From positions 1-59,081 of the forward strand of contig CAWVYB010000001.1 in assembly GCA_963934215.1 (NCBI GenBank): a DNA stretch of 59,081 nucleotides, given 5' to 3'. Shown in pieces: positions 44,664 through 54,299 of the stretch. Made by a program: the position numbers and the translations under genes. Origin of the DNA: an uncultured Flavobacteriales bacterium (GTDB taxonomy: Bacteria; Bacteroidota; Bacteroidia; Flavobacteriales_D; Sanyastnellaceae). The notes beneath the pieces are model-generated. The model saw nothing but the letters and a program-made list of their open reading frames with translations. It ran no database searches and was not told the origin of the DNA. The first letter of the stretch is position 1; each line of letters begins with the position of its first letter.

Positions 44664-44695
44664 AAAGGGCCATTCTGTTGCAGAGTGGCCCTTTT
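44664..44695 (+). terminator. Hairpin terminator after the 43054..44649 gene, ending 3 nt before the next ATG
   Basis: AAAGGGCCA (44664-44672) pairs with TGGCCCTTT (44686-44694), with an inner TCTG/CAGA extension, followed by TCC and then the ATG at 44698. Confidence 0.5.
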
Positions 44696-44697
44696 CC

Positions 44698-46263
44698 ATG
44701 CTCATGAAATACAGCACGCTAATCCTCCTTCTTCTCGTATGCAGTCCAGCTGTCATGCGTGCCCAATGTGAAGGAACCGAAGTGGTCATCCACACCTTCA
44801 CGTCCTTTTCGAATTCCGAAATCACATGGGATGTGTTCTCGGCCGAAAGTGAGGTGCTCGGGCATTATGATTGGGCTGGAAATGGCCAACATACGTATGA
44901 CACCTTGTGCTTGAACCAGCCGTGTTCATTCATCCAAGCGCATTCTTTTACGGGCGAAGGCTGGGGATTTGGAACGGTGGTGGAAGTATTGGTTGATGAT
45001 GAGGTGATCCAATCCATTGAATTCAACGATGGTGAACTGGGATACTTCCCCATTGAAATTATGGACAATGGATGTGACTGGCAGCTCGGAGGCTGCCTCG
45101 ACATGGCGGCTGTGAATTATACACCTGGCGCCACTGTCGAGACCATGAGTTGTGATTACATCTACTCATTCGATTGGAACGGGACGGAACGCGAGTATTT
45201 GCTTCACGTTCCATTTGATTTGCCAGCTGGATCGCCGCTTTTATTCTGCTTGCATGGACTCAGTGGGAACATGGAGGACATGCGGTTGACAACGGAGTTC
45301 AATCAATTGGCAGATGAGCACGGGTTTGTAGCGTGCTGGCCACAGGGTTCACTCTGGAATTGGGACGGTTCCATTGTGCCGTACTGGAATTCCAACTTGT
45401 TTCTGACACCAGCGGATGATATTGGGTTTCTCACCGAATTGGCCCTTTCGCTTCAGTTGGAATATGAATTGGACCCCGCCTGCACCTTTGTGTGCGGAGC
45501 CTCCAACGGCGGAATGATGAGCTACACGCTCATTGCTGAACGCCCTGATGTTTGGCGGGGCATGGCCACCGCGGGAGGGGTGATGAGTGCGCACGAACAA
45601 CAAAATGCGCCTGCAGGCCCACCGAGACCGGTGCTGCATTTGCATGGCACATCCGATGATGCGATGCCATACGATGCGTATGCAGGTGGAGGTCCTTGGG
45701 CCGGGGGGTGGGGAGTCATGGACATGATGGAGTTTTGGGCGAACGAACATAGCCACACAGCAGTGGACTCCGTGTTGCTGCCGGATGCGTTTCCTGACGA
45801 TGGACTGACCAACGAAATTTTCGAATGGACAGGTGGACTCGGCAGGGTGGTCCACCACCGTGTTTACGGGGGGGTGCACGAATGGTGGGGAGGCTATGGG
45901 GAGCCGAATGAAGTCGCTACGTCTGAGATTGTATGGGAGTTCTTTGACGACCTCTGTGCCAACCCGATGCAGGTGATGGAACCGTATGATGCTGGTGCAT
46001 TCTCCGAGTCATCGCTTGTGGCCTATCCCAATCCCGCACAAGCAGGAGAGTCCGTGCAGCTTTTGCACGATGGGCTCCGCTTTTCCGGACGTTCGTTTGC
46101 TCAATTTGATTCGTTTGGACGTTGCGTCTGGCGCGGTAAGACATCCGATGGGAGGATTCCCACGTCTCATCTTCTCCCGGGAATATACAGCATACACGCT
46201 CTGGACGTCGGAAGTGCAAGGGGCTTCTCCAAGCTCCATTCGACGCTACTGCTGGTTGAGTAA
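44698..46263 (+). CDS. T9SS-secreted esterase of the PHB-depolymerase/LpqC (CE1-like) family, with an N-terminal Cys-framed module, a Cys-knot module and a T9SS C-terminal sorting domain
   Basis: Signal peptide MKYSTLILLLLVCSPAVMRAQ. GTEREYLLHVPFDLPAGSPLLFCLHGLSGN, GFVACWPQG, nucleophile elbow VCGASNGGMMSY, LHLHGTSDDAMPY. Sorting domain LVAYPNPAQAGESVQL..GIYSIHALD. Confidence 0.8.
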   Translation: MLMKYSTLILLLLVCSPAVMRAQCEGTEVVIHTFTSFSNSEITWDVFSAESEVLGHYDWAGNGQHTYDTLCLNQPCSFIQAHSFTGEGWGFGTVVEVLVDDEVIQSIEFNDGELGYFPIEIMDNGCDWQLGGCLDMAAVNYTPGATVETMSCDYIYSFDWNGTEREYLLHVPFDLPAGSPLLFCLHGLSGNMEDMRLTTEFNQLADEHGFVACWPQGSLWNWDGSIVPYWNSNLFLTPADDIGFLTELALSLQLEYELDPACTFVCGASNGGMMSYTLIAERPDVWRGMATAGGVMSAHEQQNAPAGPPRPVLHLHGTSDDAMPYDAYAGGGPWAGGWGVMDMMEFWANEHSHTAVDSVLLPDAFPDDGLTNEIFEWTGGLGRVVHHRVYGGVHEWWGGYGEPNEVATSEIVWEFFDDLCANPMQVMEPYDAGAFSESSLVAYPNPAQAGESVQLLHDGLRFSGRSFAQFDSFGRCVWRGKTSDGRIPTSHLLPGIYSIHALDVGSARGFSKLHSTLLLVE

Positions 46264-46277
46264 TTCGACCGGAGAGC

Positions 46278-48092
46278 TTAGGCTTTTGATGAGGTGGTGA
46301 ACTGTTCCAAAACCTCCAAAATTTGTGCGCCAAAACGCTGAACCTTGACCTTGCCGAATCCGTGGACACCGAGCAACTGCTTCGATGTCGCGGGCATGGA
46401 TTGGCAGAGCTCCTTGAGTGATCGGTCGGAAAGAACCATGTAGGCGGGAACATTTTGCTGCTTGGCCAGTTCCTGGCGTTTCGCGCGAAGCAAGTTGAAT
46501 AAATCCGAATTGGATGGCGTGTCATTGCGCTCGTAAGTCGCACGTTTTGAGGTCTTTTCGACTTTGAATTCCACCTTGGTCAATTCGACTTTCGATTGGC
46601 CTTTCAGGATTTCCCAAGACAGATCATTCAGTACCAAAGTGGGAAAACGACCGGGCGATTGAGCAAGGCATCCTTTTTGAATCAACTCTTTTCCGATCTG
46701 CGTCCATTGCGCCTTGGGAAGGTCTTGACCTATTCCGTATGTCGACAATTCCCGCTGAGCTGCCGTGACCTTTTGTGACTTGGAGCCGCGGAGGATTTCA
46801 ATGATGTGGGCCAAACCATAGGGCCATTCCAATCGGGCCACCGTCGAGAGGAGTTTCTGGGCTTCCTGCGTGGCATCCCACACGTCAAATTCCGTTTGGC
46901 AGTTGTCGCAATGGTCGCAGTTTCCCGCATGGGTCTCACCGAAATACTGCAAGAGTGTTTGGCGACGGCACGCAAAAGAATCCGCGAAGTCCTGCATCCG
47001 GCGCAGTTTCTTCAACAAGGTATCTGATTGCTCAGGGTTTCCGTCAATTTCGCAGTGCTTAGACAAGGTCATGAAATCACTTCCGCCATGAAGTAGCAGT
47101 GCGTGACTGGTCAATCCATCCCGTCCGGCCCTACCCGTTTCTTGGTAATAGCCCTCCATGTTCTTCGGCAGGTTCATGTGGACGACAAAGCGCACGTTGT
47201 TTTTGTCAATCCCCATGCCGAATGCAATGGTCGCCACAACGATTTGAATGTCGTCCCGGACAAACTGGTTCTGCCGTTCGGTGCGAATGTCTGTGGACAA
47301 TCCTGCATGGTAGGAGACGGCCAGAAACCCCTCGCTTTGCAACATCTTCGAGACGGACTCCGTCCGTTTCCGAGACAAGCAGTAAATGATGCCCGATTCA
47401 CTTTTCCGCTCCTCCAGAAACTTCAGCAATTGCTCATTTTCGTCGTCGCGTCTGATCGCGGTGTAGTGGATTTCTGGGCGGTCAAAGCTGTTCTCAAAAA
47501 CAGGATCCTGTTCCAATCCGAGTTGCTGACGGATGTCTTGCTTCGTCATGGCATCGGCAGTGGCTGTGAGCGCCAAGAGCGGCACTTCGGGCAATGCCTG
47601 TCGCAGTTCGATCAACCGGGTATATGCTGGGCGGAAGTCATGTCCCCACGAACTGATGCAATGCGCTTCATCGACGGCAATCAGCGAAATATTGAGTGAC
47701 TGGAGTTGCGTGAAAAGCAATGACTCACGGGCGAATAAACGTTCCGGAGACGTGTACAGGATTTTGAGCGTTCCATTGGTCATTCGCTGGAACACCTCAT
47801 TGGAAGCTTCATCACTTTGGGTGGAATTCAGTAAGCCAACGGGGATGTTGCGCAACAACAAATCATCCACCTGGTCTTTCATCAATGCAATCAGTGGAGA
47901 GATGACAAGGGTCAGCCCCGGCAGTAGCAAACTCGGTAGTTGGTAACACAGCGACTTGCCTCCTCCGGTGGGCATCAACGCGAGTCCACTTTTGTTCGCC
48001 AATACCTGTTGGATGACGGGGGTTTGAGCCGGGCGTAAGGTGTCGTATCCCCAGTAATCGCTTAGGTATTTGTGGAGTCGGTCGTTGTTCAT
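46278..48092 (-). CDS. recQ: ATP-dependent DNA helicase RecQ
   Basis: WGYDTLRPAQTPVIQQVL, LMPTGGGKSLCYQLP (motif I), AVDEAHCISSWGHDFRPAY (DEAH), the Zn-finger CDHCDNC, and a C-terminal HRDC (..LFNLLRAKRQELAKQQNVPAYMVLSDRSLKEL). Confidence 0.95.
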   Translation of the reverse strand: MNNDRLHKYLSDYWGYDTLRPAQTPVIQQVLANKSGLALMPTGGGKSLCYQLPSLLLPGLTLVISPLIALMKDQVDDLLLRNIPVGLLNSTQSDEASNEVFQRMTNGTLKILYTSPERLFARESLLFTQLQSLNISLIAVDEAHCISSWGHDFRPAYTRLIELRQALPEVPLLALTATADAMTKQDIRQQLGLEQDPVFENSFDRPEIHYTAIRRDDENEQLLKFLEERKSESGIIYCLSRKRTESVSKMLQSEGFLAVSYHAGLSTDIRTERQNQFVRDDIQIVVATIAFGMGIDKNNVRFVVHMNLPKNMEGYYQETGRAGRDGLTSHALLLHGGSDFMTLSKHCEIDGNPEQSDTLLKKLRRMQDFADSFACRRQTLLQYFGETHAGNCDHCDNCQTEFDVWDATQEAQKLLSTVARLEWPYGLAHIIEILRGSKSQKVTAAQRELSTYGIGQDLPKAQWTQIGKELIQKGCLAQSPGRFPTLVLNDLSWEILKGQSKVELTKVEFKVEKTSKRATYERNDTPSNSDLFNLLRAKRQELAKQQNVPAYMVLSDRSLKELCQSMPATSKQLLGVHGFGKVKVQRFGAQILEVLEQFTTSSKA

Positions 48093-48449
48093 AGCGTTCT
48101 AAAGGAATGCAAAAAGTCGTGTGACGTAGTTTTTTTTTCTGGAGTCTAAAGCTAGGAGAGAGGCCGTGTTTTTTTGATCATTTTTCCTCTTGTGGGCCTA
48201 TTGGTGTGCCTGTGTAGTTTTTTTGCGAATTTATAGGGTTGTTTCGATGATTTTAAAATAAAAACCCGGTTGATAATCTAGATATTAAAACGGCGTAAAG
48301 GCATGAATAGGCTCAATTTCGTGACATGGCCTCTCTTTTTATCCAAACGTAAATAACTGATAATCAAAGACTAAAAAATTGTTGAGTTTTTGGATGTAAA
48401 CTAAATTTCATATAAATTTCTGATTACCAATCACTTGAATATTTATGTC

Positions 48450-51400
48450 ATGATGAAGTCTATCTCCCGCTCAAATAGTTTTTGTTTGGTACAAATCAAG
48501 AAGTCGAAGGTGTCATTATTCGCCTTTTCATCAGCCTTCTGCATGCTTTTAACCATGCATGCGTATCATGCGCAAAATGTGCAAGTTGCCCATGCGTCTG
48601 CTGGGGACGAACAGCACTTTTCGCTCACAGAGCCTAGCTCTTGGGAGGGGGATTTTTTTGTAGGTGGAACAATGAAGTCATCTTCATTTGGACACAATGC
48701 ACGAATTAAACGTGTGAAGCCTGACGGAAATATTATCTGGGATTTGAACATGACTGCCGACGACATGGAAAATCGGGCGATGCATGTCATTGCTTCGGAT
48801 TGGGGTGGTGGAGATGCAACCGTATTTGGCTTTATGGACGAGGGTGAACCTGAAGCGTTGATATACGGGGTTTTATCAGATGGAACGATTGTAGCGCCAT
48901 TTAAGTTGACCAACGTAAACGGAGCCAATAGCGAATCGACGACTTTCTTGCATGGAACAGCGTGTTCAGATGGCGGATGGGTTGCTGTTGGCGAGTGGAA
49001 ATCTGGATTTAATCGCTCCGGATTAGTGGTAAAGTTTAGTGCTGCTGGCGTAATTGAATGGTCTCATCACTTGGATTCACAGACATCCAGTTTTATGAAT
49101 GATTTCGATGCTTTAAACCACGTGCTAGAAATTGATGGGATGGGATATTTTATTGGAGGTTCTGGAAACTTCATAGATCCAAGTAATAACACGATACAAG
49201 GCGCTTCTGCGGCTATGATCAACCTGTCGGGTTCCTTAAGCTGGGGGATAACGTATGTACACTCTGAGCCTGCTTATGAGTCAGTTGCAGCTACTGCTGT
49301 TCAAACGGATTCTGGAAAGCTGTATCAGATAGTAAATGGAAGAGGCGATAACACCTTCATTAAAAATGGATTTTCAATCCATGAAATTGACTTGTTGAGT
49401 GGAGGATTGGGGGCCGTTGTTGCGAGAAATGTACACATACAAGAGCACCCCTTAAAGGCTATGAGTGTTCGGCAACATCCCTTGATTTCTGACCGCATCG
49501 TGGTGGCGGGTTTTTTAGAAGTTGATGCCAATGACATTGGTTATGAGCTCAATGATCCCCCAGCCTATGGGATTGTTGCGGGTGATCGACCTCCATTCTT
49601 GATGGAGATTGATCCGGGTATTTCTGAGCCAGGAATAACGTGTATCTCCTGGCATCACGTGTATGATGTACCGTCTACTTTGTTTGGTTTGACGATGCCC
49701 GTAGATCGTTATAATGTATTCAGCACCTTCGGTGATCAACCTCAGATTTTTCATCCGGAAATGCTTTGGACCAATGAATCGGGAGAATATCATCTCCTTG
49801 GTTATCATGATGTCAATGGAATCCCCAATGAGTTTGACTTGGAGTTTATAGGCGCAGATTCTCTGGGTTTAACAGAATGCCCAACGTTCCAGGCGAATAT
49901 TGTAGAGTTGGAAAGGCCGACTGCGATTAATTCTAATGTTGTTAGCTCATTGAAGGATTATCAATTGTTTTCGTTTCAACCAGATATTTATGAATTGGCC
50001 CAAGAATTGATGCCGTGTGATGCGTGTTTTCCAGAAGTGTCGGTTATGATAGACTCGTTGTCGTGTGATGCTGTTGTTATCGCGGTAATGCCCTTAGATG
50101 ATGACCCAGCGACTGTTTGTTACACAATAGATTGGGGCGACGGAGTTGTTACTTCGGCGTCAGGAGGGACAAGTTATACTCATGATTGGGCTGAAGGAGT
50201 GACGGATTTGACGATTCATGTCGCGCCGTATTGTTGTGACTTGCCCTCACTGATGGGGTCGAGCCATGTGATCCATGTTACCCGTCCCGATGGTTGTGAC
50301 TGTGTAGAGTGCAATCCATGGATGCGTTCGTGCCAAGTGAATTTTGATAATCCCGTTATCTCATTTCCATCATCCTCCACTTTGTTTCCAGGCTTGAGTG
50401 TTTTTTCATTGTTTGATTGCCCTTCGGGATGTGACGAAGCTCCCCATGTTATTTCTGCAAGTCTCGGAAGTTTCATTGTATTCCCGTTTGGCTCGACTTG
50501 TTTAGACGACGTTAGTGGAGTCTGGTTTCTTAACGGCATACAGGTGCAATCATTTATTTGTGGCGATTATGCGCCGATTAGTCTGACGGTTCCAAGTGAG
50601 GGTTCGTATGAAATTGAAGTTGTATTGACCAATTGCGCGGATGAATCCTGCACGAGTTCATTGAGTGACATCATCGAGGTTGGAAATTGTGTACCTCCAG
50701 CGAATCCGAAATTTGATATCCTTGATGGAGGAGTCATACCGTGTGCCCCTTTTAAATGCGCAAAAGCCATGACGCCTCTCCAAAGCACTTGTTCCACAAT
50801 GAATTCTGAGTGGTTTGTTGATGGGGACTTTGTACTCTCTGGAGATGCCAGTGCTTCCTATTGTTTTGATTGGGGCTGGCACGATGTGGAATTACGGTAT
50901 ACGTGTTTGGAAAGCGGATTGACATCGTCCTCAGTTCAGACCTTTTATTGTGGCCCAAGGATTTCTACGGCATCTATGTTAATCGATTTGTCTTCCGAAT
51001 GGCTGCCTTTTTACTTTTCTATTGAGGCAGAGGTTGATGCAGATTGTGGGTTAATAATAAACGGCCCAAGGCCAATTGGAACCATGTCATCCTTTAATCC
51101 CTTTGAAGCCATTATTGACCCGAGTTTGGCGATTGAAACCGGTGAAGAAGTTGTGGAAATTGCTGATTCGTTCGAGTGGTCGATCAAGGTCAGGTCAGCA
51201 GACGATGTCATCATCAATACATACAACCATAATTCATTGGGCTCTTCAGCAATATGGGAAGGGGCCGTTCGAATGACGGGGGATTTCCAAGCCATAGAAG
51301 AGGTTTGCTTTGAATTGACAGGACCTGATTGGTTGGTGCAAAATAGCTCTAGTTTGATGGGGTATTGTGTTGATGTCGCAGATTGCACACCAGCTTTAGA

Positions 51401-51488
51401 TTGCGCAGCTGATGTAACCGGTGATGGTGCTGTCACTGTAATCGACTTGCTCTTGGTCTTGGAAGGTTTTGGCAGTGATTGCGATTGA
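48450..51488 (+). CDS. Large secreted orphan protein (~1012 aa): N-terminal beta-rich (propeller-like) region, Cys-rich middle with a PKD-like segment, and a C-terminal dockerin-like motif (no T9SS sorting domain)
   Basis: The first in-frame ATG is at 48450 (MMKSISRS..); the track start at 48435 is a TTG. Hydrophobic signal-like segment FAFSSAFCMLLTMHAYHAQ. C-terminus DCAADVTGDGAVTVIDLLLVLEGFGSDCD. I recognise no catalytic motif. Confidence 0.7.
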   Translation: MMKSISRSNSFCLVQIKKSKVSLFAFSSAFCMLLTMHAYHAQNVQVAHASAGDEQHFSLTEPSSWEGDFFVGGTMKSSSFGHNARIKRVKPDGNIIWDLNMTADDMENRAMHVIASDWGGGDATVFGFMDEGEPEALIYGVLSDGTIVAPFKLTNVNGANSESTTFLHGTACSDGGWVAVGEWKSGFNRSGLVVKFSAAGVIEWSHHLDSQTSSFMNDFDALNHVLEIDGMGYFIGGSGNFIDPSNNTIQGASAAMINLSGSLSWGITYVHSEPAYESVAATAVQTDSGKLYQIVNGRGDNTFIKNGFSIHEIDLLSGGLGAVVARNVHIQEHPLKAMSVRQHPLISDRIVVAGFLEVDANDIGYELNDPPAYGIVAGDRPPFLMEIDPGISEPGITCISWHHVYDVPSTLFGLTMPVDRYNVFSTFGDQPQIFHPEMLWTNESGEYHLLGYHDVNGIPNEFDLEFIGADSLGLTECPTFQANIVELERPTAINSNVVSSLKDYQLFSFQPDIYELAQELMPCDACFPEVSVMIDSLSCDAVVIAVMPLDDDPATVCYTIDWGDGVVTSASGGTSYTHDWAEGVTDLTIHVAPYCCDLPSLMGSSHVIHVTRPDGCDCVECNPWMRSCQVNFDNPVISFPSSSTLFPGLSVFSLFDCPSGCDEAPHVISASLGSFIVFPFGSTCLDDVSGVWFLNGIQVQSFICGDYAPISLTVPSEGSYEIEVVLTNCADESCTSSLSDIIEVGNCVPPANPKFDILDGGVIPCAPFKCAKAMTPLQSTCSTMNSEWFVDGDFVLSGDASASYCFDWGWHDVELRYTCLESGLTSSSVQTFYCGPRISTASMLIDLSSEWLPFYFSIEAEVDADCGLIINGPRPIGTMSSFNPFEAIIDPSLAIETGEEVVEIADSFEWSIKVRSADDVIINTYNHNSLGSSAIWEGAVRMTGDFQAIEEVCFELTGPDWLVQNSSSLMGYCVDVADCTPALDCAADVTGDGAVTVIDLLLVLEGFGSDCD

Positions 51489-51669
51489 AAAGTGAATTTA
51501 CCCTAACAACACGGCTCCCTTAGTTGCTTTGTTTCCAGTTTTGGTATCCTTCTGATTTGTGAAAGCTCGTCCGCTGTAGCTTTTGAAAATCAATATTCAG
51601 TAATGAACGTTTTGAGCGAGTCGACATTGGGCGTATTCCTCATTAACTTCTCCACTGAAAATGAATTGA

Positions 51670-53961
51670 ATGAAACCTTCGCTTCTATTCTTGGCTTTGA
51701 TAGCAAGTAACTTGACTTCTAGTCAATGCTGTGATTTTACGCTCGTGGGTAACGACTCGTATGGAGATGGCTGGAATGGAGGCTATTTGAACCTGATAGT
51801 CAATGGGGCGCTCATAGAAAGTTTTGTTGCGCTCGATCAAGGAAGCACTTTGACGTTTGAAGTCTGTGATGGCGATGCCATTCAATTGGAATATTTTTCC
51901 GGGGAATACGAAAATGAAAACACCTGGTTTTTATTGGGTGGAGCGGGAAATTTAATCGCAGGGGATGGTCCGGAACCACAGGTGGGGATGACGGATACTT
52001 TCGTGACAGATTGCAGCATCGAACCGGATCCCGGGTCGAATCCCTGCAGTGCAATGGAGGGGCAGCTTGGTTGTGTAGAAGTGAACAATGCGACTGCGCC
52101 CGGTTCTTCTTACAGCCCTTGGTGTGCCAACTTTCAAGGTGGTGATTTGTGGTTTACGTATGTCGTGCCTGCATCAGGAAGTCTGTTATTTACCACCGAA
52201 AGTGTGGGTGAATTGAACGATACAGGACTGGCTGTGTGGACCGGTAAATCGTGCACCGGACTGCAACAAATCTATTGTGATGACGATTCGGGTCCTGATT
52301 ATTTCTCACTGCTTCCCGCATTCAATTTGGAGCCAGGGACAGAGCTGTATGTCCAGTTATGGGGTTACGGAGGCCAGACGGGGGGTGTCAATGTATGTGC
52401 CATGGATCCGGGAACAGTCGAGTTGGAATCCTCGGTGTTGCCAATTTTGTTGATCGAAACCAATGAACAAACAATCGGAGAGGAAGATAAAATTACGGTA
52501 GACCTCGAAGTCTTATACAATGGCCCAGGCGTCGAAAATTTCATCACAGACTCCCCTTCGGATTACGATGGAAAGATTGGGATTGAAATCAGGGGGGCGA
52601 CCTCAGCAGGCTATCCGCAAAAGCCGTACGGCTTTGAAACACGGAACCTAGACGGCACCAACAACAACGTGTCGCTGGTGGATATGCCGGCTGAAAATGA
52701 TTGGGTGCTCTTGAGTAACTTCAATGACCGCTCCTTCATTCGAAATACACTCGCCCAGCATCTCTATGCTAGAATGGGAAACTACGCTCCACGAGCCACC
52801 TTGTGTGAAGTGCAGCTCAATGGAAATTACCAGGGAGTGTATGTATTGGGAGAAAAGATCAAACGCGATGCTGAACGCCTGGATATCGCCACGCTCAATC
52901 CCGATGAAAATGCGGGGGATGATGTGACGGGAGGTTACCTCCTGCAAATGAATTACTGGAACAATGAGAACAGCTGGGAGCTTTCCTACAGCCCGCCAGC
53001 CCACCCCACCTTCGACGTTCACTTGCGCTATGAAATCCCCAAGCCTGAGGTGATCACCCCGAGTCAAAAGGACTACATCGCCGCATTTGTTGATTCCATG
53101 GAGACGGCGCTTTACAGCGATGCGTTTGATGACCCCACAGCCGGCTATCGCGAGTTTCTCGATGTGGAATCATTCATTGATTATTTCTTGCTCAACGAAT
53201 TGAGCCGCAACAATGATGGATTCAAGAAGAGCCGGTTCTTCCACAAGGACAAGCACAGCAACGGAGGAAAGTTCAAAGCGGGGCCGCCCTGGGATTTTGA
53301 TTGGGCCTGGAAAAATTTGGCTTCTTGTGAAATTTTTGAAAGCACTGAAGGAGCAGGCTGGGCCCATTTGATCAACAATTGCCCGACTGACAATTATACG
53401 CCCGAATGGTATGTGCGTTTGCTTCAGGACAGCACCTTCGGGAACCACTTGAGGTGCCGATACGATGAATACCGCGCGGAATTCTTGAACATGGAGTACC
53501 TCGGGAATTACGTGGACAGTGTCTCCAATTTGCTCGTGGACGTTCAAGCGAGACATTACCAGAAGTGGCCGTTTTTAGGTGTTGCTACGGCTTCTCCCGA
53601 ACTTGAACCGATCCCTGAAACGTATGCCGCTGAGATGGAGGCTCTGAAAGATTGGATTGCCGTTCGATTGGATTGGTTGGATGCCAATCTTCCTCAAGAG
53701 TGCACAGGCATTTCGATTGACATTGAGCAGGAAAATGGGTTGACCAATCGTGTGTATCCGAATCCTAGCACGGGGCAATTTGCCATTCAGGATAGGGTTG
53801 ATTTTTTGAAGGTCTATGCGTTGGATGGCCGGCTTATTCAATCGCCTCAGATACAAGGCCATTCCTCGCCTGTCACCTTCACCATCAATCAAAAAGGGGT
53901 GTTTGTTGTTGTTTTTATGAGCGCGGACCAGATGCACTATCAGCGCGTTGTCGTCAAGTGA
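51670..53961 (+). CDS. T9SS-secreted CotH kinase-family protein (paralog 2) with an N-terminal DSYGDGW module and a T9SS C-terminal sorting domain
   Basis: Signal peptide MKPSLLFLALIASNLTSSQ. CCDFTLVGNDSYGDGWNGGYLNLIVNG. CotH core IEIRGATSAGYPQKPYGFETRN..NVSLVDMPAENDWVLLSNFNDRSFIRNTLAQHLY..CEVQLNGNYQGVYVLGEKIKRDAERLDI. Sorting domain RVYPNPSTGQFAIQD. Confidence 0.9.
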   Translation: MKPSLLFLALIASNLTSSQCCDFTLVGNDSYGDGWNGGYLNLIVNGALIESFVALDQGSTLTFEVCDGDAIQLEYFSGEYENENTWFLLGGAGNLIAGDGPEPQVGMTDTFVTDCSIEPDPGSNPCSAMEGQLGCVEVNNATAPGSSYSPWCANFQGGDLWFTYVVPASGSLLFTTESVGELNDTGLAVWTGKSCTGLQQIYCDDDSGPDYFSLLPAFNLEPGTELYVQLWGYGGQTGGVNVCAMDPGTVELESSVLPILLIETNEQTIGEEDKITVDLEVLYNGPGVENFITDSPSDYDGKIGIEIRGATSAGYPQKPYGFETRNLDGTNNNVSLVDMPAENDWVLLSNFNDRSFIRNTLAQHLYARMGNYAPRATLCEVQLNGNYQGVYVLGEKIKRDAERLDIATLNPDENAGDDVTGGYLLQMNYWNNENSWELSYSPPAHPTFDVHLRYEIPKPEVITPSQKDYIAAFVDSMETALYSDAFDDPTAGYREFLDVESFIDYFLLNELSRNNDGFKKSRFFHKDKHSNGGKFKAGPPWDFDWAWKNLASCEIFESTEGAGWAHLINNCPTDNYTPEWYVRLLQDSTFGNHLRCRYDEYRAEFLNMEYLGNYVDSVSNLLVDVQARHYQKWPFLGVATASPELEPIPETYAAEMEALKDWIAVRLDWLDANLPQECTGISIDIEQENGLTNRVYPNPSTGQFAIQDRVDFLKVYALDGRLIQSPQIQGHSSPVTFTINQKGVFVVVFMSADQMHYQRVVVK

Positions 53962-54127
53962 CGTAACGGTTGTGGTCAGCAGGTCACCTTCGTCGACTTC
54001 TCGAGGGAAATACCCCTCAATCGGAGTGTATCATAAGTCACTCGATGTCCTATCTCGGTTATGTAGTTTTACCAACTATGTTTTTACTCTAACTATTTCA
54101 TTATGCCCTGTCTATCCAAGAGCCTGT

Positions 54128-54299
54128 ATGCATAGAAGAGCATGATTTAAAGTTGCCTTTCGATGTTGAAATGCTCGCTCAGGTTAGGAATCACGGTCGA
54201 CTGACGAGATTCAAAGAGGATTCGATAATATTTCAGGAAGGAGAGCAGATGAGCATGGTTCCTATTCTCGTTGAAGGCATGAGGATGCGTCATGCGTAG
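54128..54299 (+). pseudogene. Relic of the 5' end of a Crp/Fnr-type cyclic-nucleotide-binding regulator gene
   Basis: Hand translation of frame 54141..54299 gives HDLKLPFDVEMLAQVRNHGRLTRFKEDSIIFQEGEQMSMVPILVEGMRMRHA*. This matches the first ~50 aa of a cNMP-binding domain (l..v...g.l..f.kd..if.eGe....v.ilveG). It then stops, and the last 10 nt overlap the convergent acyltransferase gene. The only upstream ATG (54128) is out of frame. Confidence 0.35.
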
